DNA of 64,000 nucleotides from Paraspadella gotoi (lineage: Eukaryota; Animalia; Chaetognatha), in assembly GCA_051294375.1 (NCBI GenBank), contig CM119265.1, forward strand, positions 24,347,861 to 24,411,860, given 5' to 3'. A program made the position numbers and the translations under genes. Under the pieces are notes generated by a model. It saw only the letters and a program-made list of their open reading frames with translations, had not been told where the DNA came from and searched no databases. Shown piece by piece: positions 39,977-51,507 of the stretch (position 1 is its first letter; the number at the start of each line of letters is the position of its first letter).

Positions 39977-41296
39977 CTCTCTCCTCTCTCTCCTCCCGTC
40001 TCTCTCTACTCGTCTCTTCTGCTTCTTTCTCTCAGGCACGCCTCGCTGCGCCGTCTCTCTCTCCGCACTGCTTCTCAAATTCGCGAGACGTGAAAAAAGT
40101 CACGTGAAAGAAGACGAAGGCGCGCGGAGGAAGAGAAGGAGGAAGAAGAAGAGGAGCAAAAAGGAAAGGGAGGAAACGAAGGAGAAAAAAGGACAAAGTG
40201 GTGGAGGAAAGGAAAAAAGGAGATGACAAAGTTGACAAAGAAAATAGTGAAGACGAAGGGAAAAAAGGAAATTAGAAAGTTAAAAAAGAGGAAAGGACGA
40301 AAATGATCAGGCTGATTTGATGTAAAAGATCATTGAATAAAAATAATACAATTTTAATGCTAACCCATTACTACTAATTCATTAATTCTCTTCGGTGTCA
40401 TTTTGTAATGTAAATTATATATTTTAACGATGAGGAGGAGGGGCTTCGACCCCTGCATCTTCTTCCTCCCCATTCCTCGTCATTTTTTCACGGGGTTCGT
40501 TGATTTTCACGATTTTCGTTCCGTCCTTTTCCTATTATGCTTACATTTTGCTTATTACTGGACATCTTTCTCAATAAACGCTTTACCTTTTATTTCTCGT
40601 TCTATTATTCCACGAGGATACTTATTCCAGGGTGGCGCCCATTGTGCTGGACATTAACAAATTTTCCGCCTTGTATTTCTGAAGAATTTCATTTTCATAT
40701 TTTCGCTCTTATTTTTTGGCGTTAAAAAATTATATCAATTTAATCATGAAGAAGAAAAAGAGGAAAAAATTGTTACTTCACGTCGCAACTAAAATTTTTT
40801 GAAAAAAAAACATTTCTCTTTTCTTAATTTCCTCTCTTCGACTGTCTTGATAAAAGACAGAAGGTTGCGTGTCTCTCAAAACTTCATTCTTAATCACATC
40901 GTTGTCTTCTCTCCCTCCCCTTGTTGCTTTCTTGAACGGAGTAAAGAAGGAAGAAAGACAAGCGCAGGGCCGAGGGCTTTAATATTTCTTTACCTTTTAT
41001 TTCTCGTTCTGTTATTTTACGAGGATACTTATTCCAGGGTTTATAAACAATCAAATGGAGAAAAAACGAGATTAAAAAAAAACAAAATAAGGCAAAATAA
41101 AAACATTCTCGCTCATAATCGTAATTCTCGCGAATCAGATAACAAAAAGTAACGACGTCGTTACGAAAACATTTGGGGAGACAAAAAAAAAGACAAAAGG
41201 GCAACGAGGGCGAAAAAACGATGAGGAGAAATCAATCGGAGAAAAAATAAAAGATAAGAGGAAGGAATAATCGAGGAAATGAGAAGATGATATAAA

Positions 41297-41392
41297 TGAC
41301 AGTGACAAGAATAGTTTCACTGATAAGACAGTGACAAGATAAGTGACACTGATAAGACAGTGACAAGATAAGTGACACTGATAAGACAATGA
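41297..41392. repeat. 29-bp tandem repeat (GACAGTGACAAGATAAGTGACACTGATAA)
   Basis: About 3.3 copies. Confidence 0.9.
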
Positions 41393-41799
41393 CGAGAACC
41401 GTCAAGTTTAAGGTGTTGCGTCGTAGTGACTTTCTTGTCAGAACGCATTTCCCAACGATTACCTGACTACATAAGTTAAATACGAAATAAGCCGCATTTA
41501 CTCTCTGATTACGTAACCTTATTTTTATCGTCATATGTATGAAACATGTAAACATGAAAAAAGTATGAAACATGCATAACAATTGAATAATAATACAACT
41601 ATCTGATAGGTACTAACTATAATAATTCTACGTATGCTATATGAACTAAACTTATGCAAGTTAAACATCATATAGTATTTCACCCTTCCATCAAGTAATA
41701 ACTAAATTGATATAGTATTAACTAAATTATGATAATTTAAAATGTAAATGAGACAAACTAACAGATTTAAACGTAAGTTACGAAGTTGCTCCGTGATTA

Positions 41800-41849
41800 C
41801 TCGTGGCGAAATGCCGCGGGCGTGGGTTCGAATCTCACGGCTGCCACCA
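41800..41849 (+). pseudogene. 3' half of a class II (Leu-like) tRNA ending in CCA
   Basis: Hairpin CGTGGC-GAAAT-GCCGCG (long variable arm), T-arm GTGGG-TTCGAAT-CTCAC, then GGCTGCCA-CCA. No matching 5' acceptor strand or A box upstream. Confidence 0.5.
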
Positions 41850-42481
41850 CATTTAAGTAAGTAGACAGAGATTTCAATATGAAACCAAAGTGGATTTTAT
41901 TCTCAGATAGAAGACAGGCATAGAGCGTTGTGAGACAGATGGGATAAATACAAAAACTATCAGTATTTATACACTGCAATCGGATCATCGACACGCGTTC
42001 TCTTTCCCTTTGGCATGAAACCCATCTTCTCATTGGTCAGTCTCGAAGGCGATTCAACCAATCAGAGAGTCCTTGGTTGATTTCATCCGAGTCGCTGATC
42101 CGGTCCGATTTGATTCCGATTCTGTTTCTTGATTCCGATTCCATCTTGGATGATAACAATAACGAAAGTTTGAGCCAAGCTAAAAAAGAAAACTCTGCTT
42201 ATCAAAACATCTGTGCGGGAATCAGCGATATTGGTCCAAATTGAAACAGATGTCACCCGAGGAGAAAAAAAAATAGATACATTTCGAGTCAGCCAAAACC
42301 AGCGCCCCCTACCCCTTTTATTTTTTGCCTCACAAACACACTCACAAAAAACAAAACCGAAAAAAAGAAGATAAAGAAAAAAAAAGAAAACTCCCACAAA
42401 ACCAGAGAAGAAAAAAAAAAAGAAAACAAAAACTCTTATAGAACCGAGGCTTTAAGGGAGGAAATACTTTTTCCCTCGAGC

Positions 42482-42579
<98 letters not shown>

Positions 42580-43204
42580 GAGACGAAGACAAGGCGAACG
42601 GAGGAAAAGAAGAACCTTGAGCTTTTCTGGAATCCGTGGCGTTTCCATGACGACAATTCCTTTTTAACCCTCGACGCCGTTTATTACCAAATATGGCGAC
42701 GCGAAATTGGATCGTTTGCCCGACCTGAATTACTTCTCGTAGTCTTGAAAAAGGATTTGCTGAGAGGCTGAGAGGGTGAGCGTCGAAGTAGCTTACCTTT
42801 TTCTCTGCTTTATTTTCAGTGGGGTAAGGCAGAGAGACGATCGGAAAGAATATTAATAATATAACGTGGGGGGGGGGGACTGGAGGCGTGGGATTTTTTT
42901 TTCGGGAGTTTGAAGGTTAATTTGGAGGATATGAAGGTTAATCGCGGTAGAAGAGGAGGCTAATTCGATGGACGCGTGGGTGATTAAGAGCATTGGAGAC
43001 TTTATTCAGAGATTGAGATGATTCTAATACGGAAGACAAGAGTGGAAAAGAGAGATAAGATGGCTGATCCTCTTCAAAGATGCGTGGAGAACTAATAGTT
43101 TCAAAGAGGCACTTGGAGGAGGAGGAGGAGGAGGAGGAGGAGGAGGAGGGGAAAAGGAAGGGGAGGAAAGAAATGGAAAGAGAAAGGAGAAGAGAAGAAG
43201 AAAG

Positions 43205-43320
43205 ATAAGTGAAATAGAAAAGAAAGGAAAGGGAAATGTGTGAAATAGAAAAGAAAGGAAAGGAAAATGTGTGGAATAGAAAAGAAAGGAAAGGAAAATG
43301 TGTGGAATAGAAAGGAAGAA
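43205..43320. repeat. ~31-bp purine-rich tandem repeat (AAATGTGTGGAATAGAAAAGAAAGGAAAGG)
   Basis: 3-4 copies. Confidence 0.8.
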
Positions 43321-44081
43321 GATAAGAAAATATAGGAGCGAGAAACTGGCGACAAAGAGAAAAAAGCTCAAGAGAAAAAAAGACTTGAGGACACAAAAGA
43401 GAGGAGCAAGAGAGAGAGAGGCGACTAAAAAGAGAGGAGCGATACAAGAAAAAGGGAGGAGTAACAAAAAAAGCGATCTGTAGGACGAAGAAGATGCACT
43501 GTAGGAGCAAAGGGAATCGTGGGTGGAAAGTTGATGGAGTGGAAATGAGGCTGGAGAGAAGATAGAAAGGGATGGAGTTGCTGGAGTAAAAAAGGAAGAA
43601 TATATGAAAATCAAACCAACAAAAATCTAAAGAGAAAGAAGAATTACGGAGTAGGAAGGCAGCATTGGAAGTAAAGACAGGAAGTATAAGCATCCATTGA
43701 ACGACGTCATAAAACGTCAGGAAGCTTGATAAACTTTCATTGAATATTTTTATATATATTTTTCCGGGTAACAAGAAAATTCAGAAATGACTTTAAAATT
43801 TCCTTTAAAATATTCCTGACATTATCGAGTAAAATGCTAAAGGTTTTTTTTTATTTTACGTTGTAATTACAATTTTAATGTTAAAATAACCCTCCGGTAT
43901 AAAACATTTACAATAATAAGTAATAAAAAATGATACTGAATGCCGACCTAATGCTTTCTAAATTCAATATACAATTGTCCTAATTCATACTTCAATATGC
44001 AAATTAGTTTTTTGTTTGTGATTTAGGATCGAGGAGACTAGGTGTAAGAAAGAGAAAGAGAGAAGAGAGAGAGAGAGAAAG

Positions 44082-44171
<90 letters not shown>

Positions 44172-44276
44172 GGTTAGTGAGTAGCAAGAGGATAGGAACC
44201 AGAAAAAAATGCGTTGGAGAAAAAGTCGCGAAGGGCGACGTCATGTTAAAGAATGGACGACGACGACGACGACGAC

Positions 44277-44313
<37 letters not shown>

Positions 44314-44934
44314 TACAAAAACGATCGTAATAATGACAACGTCGATAACTACGAGGGCTTACTGCTTTTCAAGACTAGTTTAAGATATAATCCGTTCTGA
44401 ATAAAAACAAGTGACATTTACATTTGTTACATTTTTCGATTATTTATTCAGAAAAGATAACATATAAAATAAAACTGCTAACGATAACGACGATTCGGAC
44501 GGCAACAACATGAACTGCAACGATTGGTTCATTGTTTCAGTCGAGGCGAAGGCGACGATGACAAAGACAATGATGACGACGACGATAACGATGCCGATGA
44601 CAGTAAAACCTATGACGATGACAGAATCGACGATGACATCGACGGTTTTAAGATGAAGATGAGAAAGATTAGATTTCGCGTTGAAGGTGATAAAAGTGAT
44701 TGATTGATTAAGACCTGAGAGAGAGAGACGTCCTTCAGAGTTTTCTCGAATCCAAAGGGCCGCCGACTTGAGTCATCGCTCACCCAATCCACGTGCAAGG
44801 TCGGTCCTGTTTTAACCAGCGACAAATCTCCTTTTATTTTCTGAGAAATATGATCTTGGTTACAGCAGAATGGGTAAAATAAAGAGTTCCAGTAACAGTT
44901 TTACGTAGTTAATTCCTCTAATAGTGTATTTTTT

Positions 44935-45210
44935 TGTATGAAATTGGTACAACCAATATTAAATTATCAAGTCATTCAATTAATAAGCTATCTTGCCCCT
45001 GAATTTGGATGGGCTGTGGTGTATTAAAGCCTCCATCTCTCTTTCAAGGTAATAATTTAGTATTATCCCCATCAAGGCTCTTTTTCTCAGTCGAGTTGTT
45101 TAACTCCCAGAGTTCCTGGCTTCCCTATCAATGAAGTGATGTATCATTTTTGAACTGTTTTAAATGTATAGATGAACCACTCCCTTTAAAATAATATTCG
45201 AATAGAACAA
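44935..45210 (+). repeat. Dispersed ~300-bp repeat family, near-complete copy
   Basis: GAAATTGGTACAACCAATAT...AAGCTATCTTGCCCCTGA...CTCCCAGAGTTCCTGGCTTCCCTATCAATGAA is the reverse complement of 59655-59910. Confidence 0.8.
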
Positions 45211-45443
45211 TACTATTGTCAATAGCTCATAAAACTCTGTTTTTGTATCTTATATTTCGAAAGAACAGCAAGATGATACTTACGACGATAAAGACGACGA
45301 CAACGACGACAACGACGACGACGACGACGACGACCACGATGATCACGCTTTTCCTTTCGATCATCTGGGTTTTCAAGTATTCATCATCAAACGGATTCCC
45401 GGTTGACTTCCACTCGACCGTTTGTCGAATAGCGAGAGCGAGA

Positions 45444-45481
<38 letters not shown>

Positions 45482-45504
45482 AGAGGAGAGAGAGAAGAGA
45501 GAGT

Positions 45505-45540
<36 letters not shown>

Positions 45541-46281
45541 ACGNNNNNNNNNNNNNNNNNNNNNNNNNNNNNNNNNNNNNNNNNNNNNNNNNNNNNNNNN
45601 NNNNNNNNNNNNNNNNNNNNNNNNNNCTGTTGAAAGTCGAGGTGTAAATTTTATGAAAAAATGGAGCAGAAAAATGCAGCTCACGTTCTCGGTTGTGGAG
45701 TCGAAACAGCCTAATTGGAGAATTGGATTACATTCAATAGCTTCGTCGTTGCCAAGACATATGCTGATTAATATTGTACAATAAAGTCAAGAATAACAAA
45801 AACTGTCAACGTTAAACATTTGAATTTTAGATTTCCTTGACGGGTTTAAAAAAAAATGGAATTCCGATATACAATTGATTCTTAATTCACTGTTAATCCG
45901 ACAGCGATATTCTTTGGATATTTCTTGTCAATACGTCCCTCCTTTTTTCNNNNNNNNNNNNNNNNNNNNNNNNNNNNNNNNNNNNNNNNNNNNNNNNNNN
46001 NNNNNNNNNNNNNNNNNNNNNNNNNNNNNNNNNNNNNNNNNNNNNNNNNNNNNNNNNNNNNNNNNNNNNNNNNNNNNNNNNNNNNNNNNNNNNNNNNNNN
46101 NNNNNNNNNNNNNNNNNNNNNNNNNNNNNNTCATCTTTCCATTTATTATTTAACAGTCCATTCGTTTATTAATTTATCCATCTCCTATTCATTAATTAAT
46201 TTCGACCATCTTTTCATTCAATGCCCGCGACCTATAAATATGTGCATCCAATTCATTCATTCATTCATTCATTCCTTCATT

Positions 46282-46816
46282 AAATTCAAAATAAAAGAGT
46301 CATCTCCCGGATTCGATCCGGGAAAGATCATCCACAAACAGTGAATTAGAGTTCATCACCATCACTGTAATTAAATATAGATATTCCCTTTGTATTATTA
46401 TTATAGCATGTCATATTGATTATGTTGAACAAGAGAACATTATAACCTTATATTTTACTAGGGTACACTAGTAGTATTTTAATAGTTCTCATTTCTGTTA
46501 TATCATTTAGTTCTTAGTTCTTCTGGTAAAGAATTTGTTATCAACACTTACTGTCCATCACTACAGTTTGAATACTTATTCTAATGTTAAGTTTCATTGA
46601 TTTTATGTATTCCTTATTGATTGTTAGTATTATTTCCTTTTGCTTGTTTGTGCATATAGATACTCTATGGAATTCTATGGAATATCTATATGCTTTGATT
46701 ATTTTATTAAGGTTGATTTTATAAATGAACAAATAAATAATTTTGTTCTTGGAAAACATTTTTATCTTATGAACGAACTAGTGAGGCGCAGACGCACGTG
46801 GTGGTCGTTCACCACA
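46282..46816 (+). repeat. 5' LTR, copy 1 (5'-truncated by ~105 bp)
   Basis: Matches 3' LTR from ~51613 to 52152 and ends TTCACCACA. Confidence 0.9.
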
Positions 46817-46817
46817 T

Positions 46818-46830
46818 TGGTCAGCCCGAC
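46818..46830 (+). promoter_or_regulatory. Primer-binding site, tRNA-Trp-like
   Basis: TGGTCAGCCCGAC 1 nt after the LTR end; 11/13 match to TGGTGACCCCGAC. Confidence 0.6.
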
Positions 46831-47137
46831 TACGAACTTTCAAAGCCTCTTGAGCACCGCTCGAGACGCTCACCAACCTTCCCACGAGTCAGATATAGCG
46901 CAGACGACGCCAGGATTCAACGCCAGACGCTCGCGCAGCCCAAACAGATGCCGCTGCAGATTCAGGCGTCACACAAGGTCCCAAGCCACTTCACTCAACG
47001 TCCCGCCCTCAATTGCCGCGGTCGACGTTCCCATCACCAAGCATTGCTGACGAGGAAGTCGAAGCGCCCGTCAAACGACGCCACAAACTCCAAGAATCTT
47101 ACTTTTCCCCTCGGCCGACATAGACGCGCCTTCAACC

Positions 47138-48060
47138 ATGGAGCAGCCCGCCAACGCAGACGGAAGTCGAGGCACTCGAGCGGCGCTGGACGCCGCCATG
47201 GCCGCCACGCGCGCCGCCAGGAGGCGCTCTCGAGATCTGAAAAGCCCAAGAAACCAGACCTGCCACCTTTCGACCGTGACAATATCGAAATATGGATAAG
47301 ACGCGTCGAGTCCGCGTATACGCGAGCGAGAGTCGTCACTGCCAAGGATAAATTCGCCTTCTTGGAGGCGAAGATTTCAGTCGACGTCGACCCGCGTATC
47401 AAACGCGTTTCTTACGGAGATCCGTCAGAGGAGAGGTGGACGGCCTTCATCGAATATCTTCTTTCCGAATATGGCTTGACGAAACGCCAACAAGCAGAAA
47501 CACTTCTTGATGCCAAGGTTGCCGCGACGACATGCGACCGTCGCAACACCTCGCCGTTTAGTAGAGAAATCATCGACGGTAAATATTCGACGACATCAGG
47601 AAGGAGCTGGTCATTAGAGACTTCCTCCGGCAAGTCAAGGCAAGCGTCATCGATCGCGCCGAATCATCGACAGCTGCGGAGCTGGCTGCCATGCCGACAG
47701 ACATTTCGACGCAACAGGGAAGCCTTTGTACAAGAGCGCGCCTCGTCGATCAATCTTGTTACGTGCGACGACGAGCCTTCTTTCTCTAGCGACGACGATG
47801 AGCGCATCGAAATCAAGCGCAGTAAATCAACGCCGTGAGCGACCTTTCTCTTCCACCAGATGGAACCGCGCCTCTGGCGCCACTCGAGCGCCAACTCAAA
47901 AACCAGAAGGCGCCGGTTCATCGAGGTTAAAGCAGATTTTTGCCAGTTCCACCTGAAGTTCGGAGACTCCGCCTACGTTGTGAAAAGGGTTGCACACGTT
48001 ATGGGGAAAAACGCGCCACAAAAGCCGGGAAACGGCCAGGCGGGGAAGGCGCAGGTGAAC
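47138..48060 (+). pseudogene. gag: gag (frameshifted; start uncertain)
   Basis: KPDLPPFDRDNIEIWIRRVESAY...KDKFAFL at ~47251. CQFHLKFGDSAY(R)CEKGC (C-x2-H-x9-C-x3-C) at 47941-47993 after restoring one base. Confidence 0.85.
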
Positions 48061-48073
48061 GCCGTCCCCCGCC
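48027..48073 (+). promoter_or_regulatory. Putative -1 programmed ribosomal frameshift signal at the gag/pol junction
   Basis: Slippery G-GGA-AAC (48027-48033), 5-nt spacer, then GC-rich stem-loop GGCGGGGAAGGCG-CAGGTGAA-CGCCGTCCCCCGCC. Confidence 0.65.
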
Positions 48074-51000
48074 AAACAATAATTCGCCACACGATTCTAC
48101 CTTCTCCACTCGTCGATGCCAGCGATGGGCGAGCCTGGTTGATAGACGGAGGCGCAATGCTCTCCCTAATCCCACCAACGCCCGAACCAACGCGCCGCTG
48201 GTCCTTCCGGTCCGCAATTGCAGGCCGCGAATGGGACGCCAATCACCTGTTTCGGCACTACAACGAGAAATATCACACTCGGCCAAGACGTTTCCCGTTC
48301 GACAGTTTTAAATTGCTGACGTCACGCAAAGTATTTTGGGCGCCGATTTTTTGGCACAATACTTCCTCGCCCCAACCACCGCGATGGCCTACTTCTCGAT
48401 CTCAAAGACTACTCGACAATCACCTGCGCCCGAGCGTACGGCCAATCGGTTTCCCACGTCCATTTCGCGGGCCAGGACAGTCAATTTTATCAATTGCTGG
48501 ACCGCTACCCGACCCTTTGTACGCCGACTTTCGAGATCAAGGAGCCCAAACATGGAATCCGCCACTACATCGCGACACAAGGACGCCCATGTCAGGCTCG
48601 TGCCCGCCGCCTGTCGCCTGAAAAGTTAGCAGTGGCCAAGGCCGAATTGGACAAAATGGTAGAGCTCGGAGTGGCAGTCCGGGCAAAGAGTCCATGGTCC
48701 TCGCCCCTCCACTGCGTCCCGAAAGGAGACGGAGGATGGCGAGTCTGCGGTGATTACCGGCCAGCTTAACGCACAGACCATCCCAGATCGTTATCCAGTG
48801 AAATTGTTGGCGGATTTCACGCCCATTGGCAGGCAAAAAGGTATTCTCCAAGATCGACCTCTTGAAAGGTTACCACCGATCCCGGTGGCGCCTGAGGATG
48901 TACCCAAGACGCCGTCATTACACCTTTTGGCCTCTACGTTTTTCCTGCGGACCCCTTTTGGTTTAAAAAACGCAGGACAAGACTTCCAGCGTCTCATGGA
49001 CGAAATACTCGGAGGCATGCCCGTGTATATGTTACCTCGATGACATACTGGTCGCGAGTGAGGATGACGATCAACATGCAAGGATCTGGAGGAGGTGTTC
49101 GAGGCGCTGCAGGAGAACGGCCTAGTCATCATAGGAAGAAATGCATCCTCGGCCCAAGAATCTCTAGAGTTCCTTGGATATCACGTCGACGCGAGCGGAG
49201 TGAAGCCACTCCCCACCGTGTCGACGCCCTTCCGAAGACTGCCGCACCACGACCGTCAAGGAGTTACACGTTTCCTCGGGATGATAAACTACTACCGGAC
49301 GTTTCATCCCGAGGGTGGCGCATCACGCGACGCCTCTTTACGATGCCTCAAAGGAAGCCGCGCCGTTTAGAGTGGACGCCGAGTTGTCAACGCGGCATTT
49401 GACGCCGTCAAGGAGCTTTAGCGAACGCCGTCCTCCTTCGCCATCCAAAAACCGGCGCCGCCATCTCACTCACAACGACGCATCCGACCACGCCATAGGA
49501 GCCGTCCTGGAGCAGCGCGGGCAAAAGGCTGGGAGCCCTTGGCCTTTTTCTCGGCCAAGGCTGAGCGATGCCCAAAGGAAATGGCCACCTCGATAGGGAG
49601 CTATATGGCGCCTTCCGAGCCGTCAGGCATTTCCGACCATGGCTGGAGGGTCGTACATTCGTCTTATATACAGATCACATGAGTCTGATCACGCCCTCAC
49701 AAAAGACGGAACCTCAAACGGCCCGCCAGACATTTCAACTCTCGGCCATCTCGGAATATACTACAGATATTCGACATGTCGAGGGCAAGGCAAATGTCGT
49801 GGCCACGCCCTCTCGCGCCCTAACTCAAGGCTCCGACATCTCCAGCAGACCATTGAGTGCCGAGAAGTCGGAACACCTCTCCCTTGTTGTCGCCGCCATT
49901 CAGCATCAAGGCGTCGACCTTCGCGAGATGGCGCGCCAACAGCCATTAGATCGAGATTTCCGTCGCTCTCGCAAGATCCCGCCACGGGGCTCCATTTCAG
50001 ACGGATCCAGCTTGGTGACGATTCCATCTTCGTTTGACATCTCCAATGGCCCGCCAAGGCCGTTCGTGCCAGAGGCCTGGCGCCGAAAAGTTTTTCAGAC
50101 AATTCATGATCTTGGCCACCCAGCATCGCGAGGACGCGAGACGCTGTGGCTGAAAATTTGTCTGGCCATCGATGGCGCGGCACGTAACGCGTTGGGCACG
50201 TGAGTGTATCGCTTGCCAGCGCGCTAAGGTGACGCGCCACGTCATTTCCGGAAATTGGCGATTTCGCAGTGCCGGCCACGTCGTTTCCAGCATGTGCACG
50301 TGGACCTCGGTCAAAATGCCCTCTTCAAATGGTTTCACGTACCTCCTCACCGCCGTCGACAGATTTACGAGATGGCCGATGGCGGTGCCATCAAGGGATT
50401 ACAGCAACCACCGTCGCTGATACTTTGCACATCAATTGGGTCGCATCTTTCGGCATCCCTGCCGAAATCACTACAGATCGTGGCTCGCAATTTTCATCAA
50501 CAATCTGGCGACAGCTCGCCAAAACGTGGGATTGCCAGCTGCGTTAACTACAGCTTACATCCAGAAGCAAATGGATTGGTGGAGCGATTCCATCGCCGAC
50601 TAAAGGAATCACTCATTGCAATCTCCACAGACGACCCAGCGGCTGGTATTGGAGACTTCCTCGGCCCTCCTTGCAATTCGAACCACCATCAAACCGGATG
50701 TGGACGCCTCCCCAGCCAGTTGGTCTACGGAGACGCCTCACCGTGCCCGGCGACATCCTGGGACGAGCCAATCTGAGGCGGAAGAGCGGGAAGCTCGTCG
50801 ACGCCTTAGAGACGAACTCCGAGTCGAAGTCGAGCGGCTCCAGCCGGCGGCCACCCAGCAGGCATCGAAGACCTCGGGTGCACCTTCCGGACAGCCTCGC
50901 GACATGCACGCACGTCTTCATCCGGCGCGCGGCGGCACAACCGTCTCTCACTGCACCATACGAAGGTCCTTTCCGCGTTACAGCAAGAGACAATCAAAAT

Positions 51001-51441
51001 TTTAAAATTGACATTCCGGGTAGAGGCATCGAGACCGTCGCCATAGCCCGCGTCAAACCGGCTAACGTCGACAACGATGAAGACGGCGACGCTGCCCCAA
51101 GATGAAGCTAGACCGTCCCCGAGCCCGTGGAGGTCCGAACCGGCCGGTCACCTCCTCCCAGTTCGTCGACGCCGTCGCCGTCCCCGGCAACCGAGCAACG
51201 GCGCCATAATGATGAGCAAATTGAACCACTTCCGGCCACGCCCATCTTAGCACCAACGTCTCCTCGAGCTCCACCCTCGCCAGAGCCACCTCGCGAGGCC
51301 CCTACGCCGCGCAACGCCGTCGTTCGGCCTCGGCCATTTCTCGAGCCAAGCCAGCAGACGCCTGTTGCCGCCCGAGCGCCAATAGCGGCGACACGCCCAA
51401 ATTACGGCGCGGTGGTTACGACACATCCTTCAGCAAAATGA
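48030..51441 (+). pseudogene. pol: pol (protease, RT, RNase H, integrase), broken by many 1-bp indels
   Basis: PR: WLIDGGAMLSLIP (D at 48145), ILGADFL. RT: SPWSSPLHCVPK..WRVCGDYR, PFGLKNA, YLDDILV (49033). RH: DASDHAIGAVLEQ, DRELYG, YTDH. IN: HDLGHP..CIAC, HVDL, TTDRGSQF, HPEANGLVERFHRRLK, PYEGPF. Pro-rich tail. Confidence 0.92.
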
Positions 51442-51499
51442 TACAACTAAGCCCAACAGTGAAGAAATTGTCTCCATCGTCTCCAACGGTTTCCTCGTC

Positions 51500-51507
51500 A
51501 GGGGGGA
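51500..51507 (+). promoter_or_regulatory. Polypurine tract
   Basis: AGGGGGGA immediately before the TG of the 3' LTR. Confidence 0.85.

Noticed and set aside
38567-41702. 130-bp direct repeats as LTRs of an element
   Set aside because: No TG..CA ends, no adjacent PBS or PPT, and no coding remnants between them.
47034-51314. Minus-strand ORFs within the retrotransposon as antisense genes or env
   Set aside because: These are expected shadow ORFs of GC-rich coding DNA, with no motifs, signal peptide or TM pattern.
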